Made by a program: the position numbers and the translations under genes. From Epithemia pelagica (lineage: Eukaryota; Protista; Bacillariophyta), in the NCBI GenBank assembly GCA_946965045.2, contig OX337235.1:744001-808000 (forward strand): a DNA stretch of 64,000 bases. Reading direction: 5' to 3'. Positions within the stretch are counted from its first letter, which is position 1. Each line of letters starts with the position of its first letter. Positions 44,409 through 55,580 of the stretch are shown in pieces. Under the pieces are notes generated by a model. The model was not told where the DNA came from. It ran no database searches and was given only the letters and a program-made list of their open reading frames with translations.

Positions 44409-44540
44409 GGTATGGTCTTGTTCTTTCTTCTTGTTGCGCTCTCTTGTTTGTTTCTCTTGTTTTGCCACCCTGTTTTTTGTTAGTAGAGAATGTGGTTGGG
44501 TAACATCTTCGTGCGCCGTGTCTAATCTACAAACAAGCGG

Positions 44541-44575
<35 letters not shown>

Positions 44576-46541
44576 GGCCGAGGAAGAAGGAAAGGCCATA
44601 TAGAGTAGGTAGGGGTGGAGAGTTGATGGGAGAGAAAACGAGAGAGAACAAGATGTTCGTTCGCACACATTGGTGACGTTCGTTGGGGACAGGCGGAAAA
44701 GGCCTCTCTCATGGCAGCACAAAAAATGGAGAATCGAATGGCCTTCATCAGGGGGGTAGTCTATTCTTCCAGCTGCCGCGCCTACCCGCTAGGGTACGGT
44801 CGACCGACTGCCCTGGCGCCATTACTCTCGGAATCATGGAGCGGGGGGACAGCCCGCTTGTGACAAGGGGCCACATAGACGAACCGCTTTTCGGGCCCCA
44901 CATGTGACACACAAACAAAGAAACGCGTCCAAACTGCGTCTCCCTCTAGAACTCGGAAGTACGAAAGGGATCGTGTCAAATCCAGGATACCCACGCAATC
45001 GCTCCGAAGTATAATTTCCAGTGATTAGATGATACATATTCACAGACATCGTTTAATACTTATTTTTACCCAGACGCTTAGAAGTTAACATCGACGAAAT
45101 TCCTAGCTGGCACACGCTTTCTTTTTCAACGTCGATTGATCCACTCTCGATTACACGCATCTGTTACCCGAGATTTCGACGCAAACGACAAATCAAAACT
45201 TTGCGCTGATTTGTTGAAAATTATTAAAACGTCGTCATGTTTTGATTTGTTGTTCGCCGGCATATCAAATTAAAACAAAATCCCCATATTTTTTCTATCA
45301 TTTTTCATCGTTTACGACCACTGATTTTCTTACCTCACAGCACCGTCATACTCGTTGTTCTTTCGCTTCATCGAATCGTTGACAGCCTCCATTCATACGT
45401 CCATCATGAAGAAGACAAAGACTTCATCCAAGCATAAGAGCAACTCTTCTCGTCGCAACCGACCTCCAGGAATCGGCTAGTTTCCTTGGTCTTCTTCTGT
45501 CGCTTAAGTTTGTTGAGCAAGGGTCGAAGCAATTTCATGTCTTCTTTGGTAATTACCACCTCCTCCAAGTCATGGTCTTCGGTCTCTTTTCTTTTCTTGT
45601 TCTGTCGGCCAGACATGATACAACTTACAAGGTACCACTTCTTGGAGAGCTCTTGAGGAACGGAATTCGTTGGTTGAGCTACTACAGTTTCTGCTCCAAC
45701 CACAAGTCAGCCAAGCTACCACAATGTCTTTTGCGCCGAACGAATTCCGTATCAACTTGGAAGAATATGAAACAAAGGGAGGTACCAATGAAAGTGTCTC
45801 AGTGTCAAACACGACAGTTGAAAGAGGAGAAAGAGAGAGTTGAACAGCCAATGTGCAAAAGAGGTGTGCAACACCAACAGACAGAGGACCAGTGTCACGC
45901 CAAAACGACGCCCCAATTTGAAATACTTGGGGCATAAATGTATGGAATGTCACAAATGCGTTGATTTGTTTGTATCGGAAACAAATCAAAACAAAAATTC
46001 GAATATGTTAGAAGTCAGGATGAAAAAATATTAATCTGTTGGATTTTTGTGCCGATTTGATGGGTGCATATTAGGATATTTCAGAAAATAGCTTCAACAA
46101 ATCAAAAAAATACAAATCTCTGGCAAGACAAGTCATATGTGAATGACTTGGGGGAAAAATGAGACGACACAAAGCAAAAACTGACAATGGCGGTCAAATA
46201 TTCTGAAAGGGAGATTTGGGAAAGATTGTTGATTACTCACGAACCTACCGGTAACATCTTCAAGAGAACTATCAGAACCATCAAACACGTGAGTTTCATG
46301 GATATTCATTGTTCATGGAGCAAGAAAACAGACGATTTGTGGGCAGCTCCAAATATTTTTTAGAAATGAAAATGAACGATAGGTATTGAAAAAACGTTAG
46401 GTTTTACAGTACGGAAAAATAACGCTAGGATTTGCCGAACTGCATATTAATCTGTTTTTTTTTCATGCGCGAAATAACCTTTGCGTTGAAATATTGAGTA
46501 ACAGATCCAGAGAACGGCAGCAATGAACCCCAAAGTTTCAC

Positions 46542-47600
46542 TTGAGAGAAGAGGAAACAAGCTCAAGTATGAAGGGAGAACATTTGCAGACCAAAGATCA
46601 ACAACAAGACTCCTCCAAGATCAGCTCTTTGCGGGAGAAGATGGAGATGTACAACGGACACGTACAAGGAGGAGTCAACGTGCAACAGCGAGAGCAGATA
46701 TCGTCCTTTGATGGTCCTGCCACGTATGGGGCTTTCGCAACACTATTTCATTCGGGCGGATGGATTCACGCATGTTTACTATTTTCCCCTTTTCTAGCTC
46801 TTCTCTCCATCAAGATTGCCTGGGAGGAGGAACGCAAGGAGAATGACAAGCAACAACACGAGGGAAAACACTTGTTCCATGCCCTGATAGCTCTGTTTGT
46901 GGGAATCCTTTGGCTGGCATTGTTCCTTTGGGTGTTTTATTACCGATCCAACCAAACGTTTGCGAGGATCAACACAAGAATGACACCATCGGATAGTACG
47001 GTCGCTCTGATGACGCATGACGTGGGAACGGATGTATCGTTTCGCTATTGCATGCTTCATACAACACTGGAGATTGTCATTTAGTATCCCTCCATTGCCG
47101 TCCTGGTCACCCTGAGTTACACCCGGAACGAAAAAATGCAGCCAGAGTACGTCCCGTCCATGCCGCTGGACTTTCTTCTGGTCCTGACTCAGCTTTGTCT
47201 CTCGGGGCCTCTGGCGGTTCGATTGACCCCACTGGCTGTGCGAATTCAGGCTACCATCCAAGATGGTGTCATTCTCCACCCGTTTGCGACATGTGCCTGG
47301 GATCCATCCAAATGACGGCTCTCGTCTTGTTCTTGGAAGGTCTGGTCCGACTGAGTCGCCATGCCTGGAACTACCATCCATGGACCACGCCGCTATGGTT
47401 CTTGGCTGGTATGGGAAGCGTCCTGATGGTCCATTCCGTATGTGGTTGCTGATCCTCCACCGCTGGCATTGCCAGCGATTGCCAAAGGGATGGAACGACG
47501 ACGACGGCTCCCACCACCACTGTTGCTGCCACTACTACTACTACTACGACGTCCTATGCGGCTCATGTGGAGACAGCCTCAGTCTATAGGGTTCTACAGT
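46542..47600 (+). pseudogene. Diverged pseudogene of the multi-TM family, copy 2
   Basis: Homologous motifs SFRYCMLHT, YVPSMPLDF, TALVLFLEGLVRLSRHAWNYHPWT; TAG at 47082-47084 and a frameshift near 47290-47310. Confidence 0.75.
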
Positions 47601-47853
47601 GATTTCGATCTTATCCCCAAACCCGAAAACATCGATCGAATCTAGATTGAGAAAGCCTTGTGCATTAGATTCGTTTCATTATAGACATTCCTACAGAAGA
47701 CTTGTTTCAATGAGGCCGAAACTTTATGAATCATACCTATGAAACTCTCGTTGACTCACAAACCGCGTTTACGTCATAGACCTTGAATGCCACTTGTTCC
47801 GCTATGCATAGTTCTAAGATTCGTATTCTTATTCGTCGTTTCCTTGGCAACTA

Positions 47854-48615
47854 CTACTGTGCAACCTCCACAGATTTGGCCATTTCTTTTTCTAAAATTT
47901 TGGCATCTGTTTTCCAGTTGTCAAACAAATGATTTGCCATGCCATCGGGAAAGACATCTTCTTCACCCTTTTTCAAGGCTGTCATCACAGCGTCCGCCAC
48001 AGCGCTCGGTGGTGTCTTGTCAAACGGCAACTCCTCGGCCATGGCTGTATCAATGGGACCTGGATACACTCCCACCACCAAACTGTTGGGCAAATCACGA
48101 CGTTGCGCTTGTGTCAGAGAGTGTGTCGCCGCCTTGGAGGCCGAATAGGTACCAGCTACTGGAAAGTTGACCAACGAGGCGATCGAATTAATGTTCACGA
48201 CCGCACTTTGATCCGACTTTTTCAGTAGAGGAGCAAAGCTACTCACAATGGCCAAGGGGGCCACGTAGTTGACCAGAATTTCTTGTTCGACCTTGGACAG
48301 ATCGTTGTCCAAGTAACTACCACTTCCCCCCGACAGATAGCCAGCATTGTTGATGACCAAAGTCACGTCCGGAAACCGGAACCCTAGTTTCTGGATGGAA
48401 TCGAGATCCGTAACATCCAAAGCCACAGGGACAACCTTGCCACGATACTGAGCCACGAGATCTTGAAGCTCGTTGGCATCTCTTGCTGTTGCATAAACCT
48501 TTTTCACACCTTCTTTCAGTAGTGCATGAACAATGGCACGTCCAATACCATTTTTCTTGTTGGTACCCGTTACAAATGCAACTTGATTATTAAAGTTGAT
48601 GGACGACATGGACAT
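47854..48615 (-). CDS. Short-chain dehydrogenase/reductase, copy 2
   Basis: VTGTNKKNGIG, NNAG, YSASK, YPGPIDT; ATG at 48615 (MSMSSINF). Confidence 0.9.
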   Translation of the reverse strand: MSMSSINFNNQVAFVTGTNKKNGIGRAIVHALLKEGVKKVYATARDANELQDLVAQYRGKVVPVALDVTDLDSIQKLGFRFPDVTLVINNAGYLSGGSGSYLDNDLSKVEQEILVNYVAPLAIVSSFAPLLKKSDQSAVVNINSIASLVNFPVAGTYSASKAATHSLTQAQRRDLPNSLVVGVYPGPIDTAMAEELPFDKTPPSAVADAVMTALKKGEEDVFPDGMANHLFDNWKTDAKILEKEMAKSVEVAQ

Positions 48616-49302
48616 GTCATTGGATACCGGATTGTTGGATTCTTTGTGCCTCATGAAAATGGCTTTGAGTGCCTTTGACATGGCATGGCGAAGTCCCTTT
48701 TTCTGGTTGGCCCCTTTCACACTTTGATTTCCCTTGGTCACTAGTTGTCCTGTCATGATAGCTTGATATATTTGGTATGATGCGCCTGATGTTGTTCTTT
48801 TGTTTCTTGATTGAAATTGGTTTTGTGACTGCAGACCATATAACTTTCCAAACTCCTTGGAACTTGCGAGGTCCAATGTTGGAGCATCCTTGAAAATCAA
48901 AGAACCCAAAGCAGAAACGAGTTTTGGTCTAAAGACAACCTTGCGTCGTTTCGTCTCAGATAAGAAAGGACCCTGTAACACGCAAGGTTTCCCACAGTGC
49001 GTGCAAGAGACTTTGGCTGAGAGACTTTTCCAGTGTTTGCGTTTTCAATGTAGCAGTCTCCAAATATGTCTGAACATCATCGTTGATCATGGAAGGGTCA
49101 AAAAATGATGGGATGAGAAGTGAGAACAGTGACGTTGAAAAGCGCGACCCAATGATGCTGAGGAACAATTTCGAGCAAAATCGAACAATCGAATCTATAC
49201 CATCTCATTCGCCATATATAGTGCCTCTTGTTGTTCTCACAAAATCAAAAATCTAACAAACTACAACAGCATCAACAAAAAGCCAATCTAAAACTACGGC
49301 AA

Positions 49303-50064
49303 ATGTCTCCATCATCATTGAACATTGAAAACCAAGTGGCCTTCGTCACAGGCACCAACAAGAAGAATGGTATCGGACGTGCTATTGTCCATGCATTGAT
49401 CGCAGAAGGTGTGAAAAAGGTCTATGCCACTGCAAGAGATCCCAAGGAACTTCAAGACCTTGTCGACCAATATGATACAGACAAAGTCATTGCAGTACCA
49501 TTGGATGTCACTGATCTGAACGCCATCAAGAAACTATCAGAGCAATACCCGGACGTGACCTTGGTCGTTAACAATGCTGGCTATTTGTCCGGAGGCAGTG
49601 GCAGCTCATTGGAGAATGAAATTGCCAAAGTTCAGCAGGAGATGAAGGTCAACTACCTTGCACCCCTGGCCATTGTGAGTAGCTTTGCCCCGCTCCTCAA
49701 GAACTCGACCGAAAGCGCTGTCGTGAACATCAACTCGATTGCTTCATTGGTCAACTTTCCGGTCGCCGGCACCTACTCGGCATCCAAGGCGGCAGCTCAC
49801 TCTTTGACTCAAGCCCAGCGACGCGACTTGCCCAATAGTTTGGTTGTGGGAGTGTATCCAGGTCCGATCGATACTGCCATGGCGGAAGAACTTCCCTTTG
49901 ACAAGACGCCTCCGAGTGCTGTGGCAGACGCTGTGATTACAGCCTTGAAGAAAGGTGAAGAGGACGTCTTTCCCGATGGTATGGCCAATCATTTGTATGA
50001 TAATTGGAAAACAGATGCCAAGTCGGTAGAACGAGAAATGGCCAAATCTGTGGAGGTTGCATAG
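49303..50064 (+). CDS. Short-chain dehydrogenase/reductase, copy 3, divergent from copy 2
   Basis: Same motifs as copy 2; ATG at 49303. Confidence 0.9.
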   Translation: MSPSSLNIENQVAFVTGTNKKNGIGRAIVHALIAEGVKKVYATARDPKELQDLVDQYDTDKVIAVPLDVTDLNAIKKLSEQYPDVTLVVNNAGYLSGGSGSSLENEIAKVQQEMKVNYLAPLAIVSSFAPLLKNSTESAVVNINSIASLVNFPVAGTYSASKAAAHSLTQAQRRDLPNSLVVGVYPGPIDTAMAEELPFDKTPPSAVADAVITALKKGEEDVFPDGMANHLYDNWKTDAKSVEREMAKSVEVA

Positions 50065-50831
50065 TGAGCGTGATGCCATTGGGCCATGTGTAAATCTAGA
50101 TGAATGATTTTCATTCTTAGATGTAGAGACTATCTTATTGGTAGTCGATGGATATGTTCAAAACCACATATGATCCAAATTAGCGATTTGTGTAAGGGAA
50201 AGGCAAACCGGCGACGAAGAATGGAACACATAGTTTAGTTTAACGTCCGACGAGAGAGCCTTGTTCTTGTAAAGGAAATCAAAACGACACCCGTCATAGT
50301 CCCCTTTCTCTGTTTTCATTTAGTACGCTTGTCTACGCGCTCACTCTCGTTGAATCTTGAAACACAGAGGTCTTATGGTTGAGGTGCTGTTGAAAAAATG
50401 CCTCTTTTTTGGCATCCTTTTTGATCTCTCCATCTCTTCCTCGTCTCTTTGTTCTCAGATTCAACCATATCTTTCCTTTTGTGGAATCTCTTAGTAGACA
50501 GCACTTTGTTCTCTCGTGCGCCAAATGGAGAGGAGGTTTGGTGTACATAGTGTTGTGCGTTAACCCAGAAGCGCAATGGAAGCATAATAGATGCAGATTC
50601 GGAAGCACGCGGACGTTGGATCGCATTCGGAATTCGGAAGTACACCGAGAGATCGGTCGTGTCAAATCGTTCATCGCTTTATTACAAACGCTTGGAAGAA
50701 ACTATCGAGCGAAAAGGGATGTTATTAGTACAATTTTGTATTATTTTTCTACATGGTGAGACGCTCTATAGTAATACTTCTGCGCAATACCGAGAGCTCT
50801 TCACCCATCCACACCAAGGCGACCATGGAGG

Positions 50832-51971
50832 ATGAGACAGCCACAACACAAACACAGCCAAGCCAAACAGAGCAAGATGCGTCTCGTCCCGAAACAATCT
50901 GGCCCGAATCGAAGGGATACCACGATGAACGACGGAGACGCTGTTCTGGTCACCATGGAACAGCAAGACAAAGCCCCAAGGACGACAGAGAGCACCGCCA
51001 TGCCATCCACAACAACCACAACAACCACAACAACAGCACTCCATCTTGTGGCAGACTGTCTGCGTCCCATTCTCGATTTATTGGTGTTTTCGTGCCTCTT
51101 GGTGTTCCCCTTCTTGGCGCTTCTCTGGATGATCTATCCCTGCGGAAGACACAAGGAACACGACGACAACCAACAACAAGAGGATGAGGATGAGGAAGAA
51201 GGGGAGTGTACCGATCGTCTCCAAGCTCGACTGATTGGCTTGTTGTTGCTCGCCTTGTTCGGGGCCCTGTTTTGCTTCCGATCCTATCAAAAATTGTCCA
51301 AACGAATCAATACTTACTCAACGACAACAAGTGACAATACAGTGGCACTCACAACCTCTCATGACGACACTAACGATGCAACAACAACGTCCGTGTTGTC
51401 CTTTCGTCAGTGCCTCCTCCATACGGCTGCGGAACTTGGCATTTACCTTCCAGGCATGTGCATCATGGTGATTTGGGGTTTTTGGCTCCAGGACAAGGTC
51501 CATTCCGACTATGTACCATCCATGCCTCAAGATTTTATGCTTGTGCTACCACAAGTATGGATTGCGGGGGCTGTCATGTTTCGATTGTCTTCCGAAGCAC
51601 AAGCGATTCAGGAACGGTTCAGGACCAACATTATTCTTCCACCCGTGCCGGACCTACTGTTGGTCACGGCACACACCACGGCGCTCATGGTGTTTGTGGA
51701 GGGCATTATGCGACTTTGGCATTATGCCTGGAATTCTCATCCCTGGACCGTTCTGTTGTGGATCCCTGTGGCCATGGGAGGCGCTGCCGTGGGGAGTAGC
51801 TGTTGTAGTGGTGATGCGTGTTGCAGGAGGAGGTGGTATGCCAGTGCGGCTACAACCGAAGAAGAACAAGATGCCACAGGAGGGACGACGATCCAAAACA
51901 CCAGCACCCCTACAACTACGTCGGCGTATGCTCCTCCGGTCACAACTGCTCCAACTACTTCGGTGGTGTAA
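50832..51971 (+). CDS. Multi-pass membrane protein of unknown family, copy 3
   Basis: Long shared blocks with copy 1 (VFSCLLVFPFLAL, DYVPSMPQDFMLVLPQVWIAGAV, HAWNSHPWTVLLWIP). Confidence 0.75.
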   Translation: MRQPQHKHSQAKQSKMRLVPKQSGPNRRDTTMNDGDAVLVTMEQQDKAPRTTESTAMPSTTTTTTTTTALHLVADCLRPILDLLVFSCLLVFPFLALLWMIYPCGRHKEHDDNQQQEDEDEEEGECTDRLQARLIGLLLLALFGALFCFRSYQKLSKRINTYSTTTSDNTVALTTSHDDTNDATTTSVLSFRQCLLHTAAELGIYLPGMCIMVIWGFWLQDKVHSDYVPSMPQDFMLVLPQVWIAGAVMFRLSSEAQAIQERFRTNIILPPVPDLLLVTAHTTALMVFVEGIMRLWHYAWNSHPWTVLLWIPVAMGGAAVGSSCCSGDACCRRRWYASAATTEEEQDATGGTTIQNTSTPTTTSAYAPPVTTAPTTSVV

Positions 51972-52776
51972 GAGTTGTATCATGGGCATTGTTTTTAAAT
52001 ACATTCATGGTAGAGTTCGATTCGTTGTTTGATCCATTTGGGCGGCAATCATTTTACATTATAGAGACTGCGCCATATAGAGATGGATTCGGTAGAGTAA
52101 TAACGAAGGTAGATTCATGCTATAGCTCGACGGGAAAGTCAAGTGAAATAAGGGCTAGAGTTAATAACTGATGAGATATATTACGAACACACCCATCTCG
52201 GTTGTTGGTAACATACATACCAACGTGCAATCAAGTTATGCTTCTTCTCTTTTTCCCTTGTCTTCTCTCGCTACTCGCGACTTGTGCCATCCCGTCCTCG
52301 GCCCGTAGGTCGGAAGAGGGACCTGGCTCGTTGTTCAATATAGAAATGATGGCCCCATCGTCCCTCCTAGGTGTCTAGACGGTGATAGGGCGTGGGGTAT
52401 GATTCGAAGGCTGAAGCCTTGTGGAACATAGTTCGATCACAGATTTTGATTGCAAGAGACAAAGTTCTGGGCTAGAAAAACGTTATTCCCCAGCGGTAAC
52501 GCGGTGTCTTGTTGGTCACTCATATTCCATGCATTCCCTTACTCAAATGAATGGAAGATGCATGACTCAAGCGCGACTGATACTTACCTAGTCTGGGGTG
52601 TAAACAAAAGCATGTGATTACATCAAAACCTCATCCACAAACCATCGAAGAACGATCACCCGTACACACCACGACAGGAACAGCAAGAGCAGCATATACG
52701 CTTGCACTACAAAAATCATCAACAGAAAGAACGACAAGGACAGTGATTAACAGATGCAACAGCACCAACCACCAGA

Positions 52777-53316
52777 ATGACGACAACGACGAGAGGAGGA
52801 TCAACGGAGGCGGTGTTGGTTATGGACACCGACTTTGAAGTGGTGAACAGTAAGGAGTTCGATCTACTGCTGACAGATATCAAGGGTGAAGCAATTCGGG
52901 AAATGGAAATTGACGGCGTGAAGCACTTGTCGGAGGTTGCCAGTGGTGATGATGGTGTCTCGCATGACATCAGTGTCTTGAACGGAGTCACGTTTGGCGA
53001 CTATTCGAGGGTTCTCGTGAAAGCCGTATTGACCGCCAACGGAAACTCTCGGAATGCCATCATGTTGGTGGATACCGCATCGCCCTACACATTCTTGACG
53101 GGCGAGACCTTGAAAGCACTGCAAATCAATCTGGAAGATCAACCAGACAATCAAGAAGCTTTCATATTACTGGTAAACGGACAGCGCACCAAAGCTCATT
53201 TGTCCAAGGCTCACTTTGCGGATGTGAACATTTTGGGTACCAACTTTTTGGACTTTTGTGAACTCACCATCCACTACCCCCTGAAAAAAGCTCTCATCAA
53301 GATTGTTCCGGTATAA
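52777..53316 (+). CDS. Stand-alone retropepsin-like aspartic protease domain protein
   Basis: IMLVDTASPYTFL (DTG-like) and VNILGTNFL (ILG flap-like motif); 179 aa, intronless. Confidence 0.6.
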   Translation: MTTTTRGGSTEAVLVMDTDFEVVNSKEFDLLLTDIKGEAIREMEIDGVKHLSEVASGDDGVSHDISVLNGVTFGDYSRVLVKAVLTANGNSRNAIMLVDTASPYTFLTGETLKALQINLEDQPDNQEAFILLVNGQRTKAHLSKAHFADVNILGTNFLDFCELTIHYPLKKALIKIVPV

Positions 53317-53582
53317 TATGCAGTCGGCTTGTCCTGGCGGATACAATCTAGTGCAACGTCAAGCTAGTGTATTTCAAATCGTTGTAGTAGTGTTCCAGTC
53401 TGGGAATCGAGGCATCCTCTACAACTACTATACTAAAACCACGTGTGATGGGAGCTCTCGCCAAAAAAAAGGCTCCCTTGTTCGATGGAACATGCTCTAC
53501 GAGGCCACCCTCCGCATGTACAATCCATAAAAAACACCAATCCAGAGAGAGAGAGAGTGCCTCGTGTGCGTGTGCGCGCGTG

Positions 53583-54469
53583 TTAGGATGGAGAGGAGGG
53601 TGGCGGCGAGGAGGAGGAGGGTGGTGCTGTGGAAGAGGGTGGTGGTGCGGGCGTTGCTGCGGGTGCGGCTGCTGGTGCTTGGGGCATGGTGGCGGCATAA
53701 TAGTCATCCATGGCCTTGGCCATTTCAATATCCTTGTGCGACACGCCTTGACATTCATGAGTGGTCAAGGTCACGTCCACGACATTGTACACATTGAACC
53801 ATTCGGGATGATGATCCATTTGTTCCGCCAACAAGGCCGATCGTGACATGAAGGCCCAGGCTTGATTGAAATTGCCAAAGAGGAAGCGTTTGGAAATGGC
53901 ATTGCGCGATGGATCCTAATAATAGATACCAGAATGAGATGATGACGATTCATGTCGAGAAAAGAGAATCGTTGTAGATTGGGTAAAGACAGAGTGATAG
54001 AGAGAGAAATAGGACAATATAAGAAGAAGAAGAAGAAGAAAACAAAGAATCGCCAAGAACCATTGACAGTAGATGCAACAGAGTTGTCAGCATGAGAGAG
54101 AGAGAGAGCAAGAGACCAAACCACGAGAGGTAAGACTTTTTGCTTGGGGTTTCCAAAACGAATGGAAGTTGGAGAACCAAACGTACGTACCTTGGTCCAG
54201 GGATGTGGATTCATCGTGTTGCTGCCAGTAGTCGCTCCCAAGGTGGTTTGCAAGGCTGTTTGTCGTTCTTCCTCCGTCAAGGCACTGACGGTCGATACGG
54301 CCATGCGTTGCAATTGTTGCGACTGTGGACGACGAATTTTGTGCCCCGTCACGATAAAACGATGTCGGGCATGACCCTTTTGACCCAAACTGCGTACCAA
54401 ACTACTTTTTCGGGAATGATGTCGTGCCGCTGCCGCGGATGCCCCCAAGGTCAAGGCCGGTGTCACCAT
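53583..54469 (-). CDS. PCBD: Pterin-4-alpha-carbinolamine dehydratase, two exons, probable organellar presequence
   Basis: Phase-0 intron 53916-54190 (AAG|GTACGT...ATTAG|GAT); [47 protein letters not shown]. Confidence 0.92.
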
Positions 54470-54619
54470 GATGATGCTAGTATTATTCTCGTACGACGAG
54501 GCCTCGAGGAGTCGAATGAGTTGAATTCAACAGTGTAGTTTGTGCGTGTCTCGCGTTTGGTGTTTCGTTGTGCGGAGGATATATAGGCTGTGCTGTGGTG
54601 TGTATGGACGAATGGATTC

Positions 54620-54620
<1 letters not shown>

Positions 54621-54695
<75 letters not shown>
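54621..54695. repeat. (GTT)25 perfect microsatellite
   Basis: 75 bp of uninterrupted trinucleotide repeat, about 150 bp upstream of the PCBD ATG. Confidence 0.97.
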
Positions 54696-54696
<1 letters not shown>

Positions 54697-55580
54697 TGTT
54701 CGGGGGACAGTGAGTGTGAATTCGTTTCGAGTGGTGCTTGTCTTGTGTGCACGGAGGCAATCGATGGTTCGGTTGCTCGTCGTCTTGCTCTCTTGCTGCT
54801 GCAAGGTATTGTTGCTTGTTGCGCAAGGATGGATCGTGATGTCTTGTCGTCAATGTCTCAATGAGAGAGAAAGCAACGTTCTCTGATTCGGAGATTCTGC
54901 TTTTCTTGTATTTCTTCTGGGAGGCTTGGAGGAGAGCAGTCTATTGTTGTAGTATAGTTTGTAGTATAGAGAGAATGGGTGTCTGCGTCGTTCTTCCGAT
55001 CATTCAGAGGAGGTTGTCAACACCATTCTGTTTTGGCGCGAGAAGAAAAGAACCGAAGATCTCATGGATCATCTGGAAAAAAGGTTCGGCTTCACACCCA
55101 TCAAGACACAGATCAGACATATTAGAAGACATACCTTTTTAAGTGGTTTTTGACGACAAAGACTGTCCCAAGACAGTCGGGAGTAGATCGAATTCGGAAG
55201 AGAATGGAAACGTTCGCATTTCGATGCGGATGCGTATTCGAAAATTGAATATGGTCAAATATACAGTCCTGTTTGAATATATGTTCTCGGTTTTATGGAG
55301 AATTACTCGGGACTCAGCTCAGCATATGCATATAATATTACGTTACATCATCATATTCAATATTCATTCGTTCCCTCCCACCTCCCACGCACCCCACAAA
55401 TCTTTCTTGCTTGCATCTTCCATCACTCATCGAACGACGAGAGAAAGGCAGAAAGAACCCACTGAACCAACCATCTTGAGTATAAAATTAGAATTGCGGT
55501 TGTGGATCGAACAAGTGGGAGAAACAAAGACCCAAGAACACGCGTCAAAGAACCAATACCACCACCACCAACACCTGTGA

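Noticed and set aside
48616-48981. 120-aa N-terminal extension of SDR copy 2
   Set aside because: It is absent from the other two paralogs, begins at a non-ATG codon, and lies in the divergent promoter.
52580-52750. ATACTTACCT matches the 5' end of U1 snRNA
   Set aside because: Only 10 nt match; there is no correctly spaced stem-loop I/II and no Sm site downstream. It is equally the reverse complement of a splice-donor consensus.
54463-54886. Poly-Q/N/T/L/C ORFs
   Set aside because: All are translations of the (GTT)25 microsatellite.
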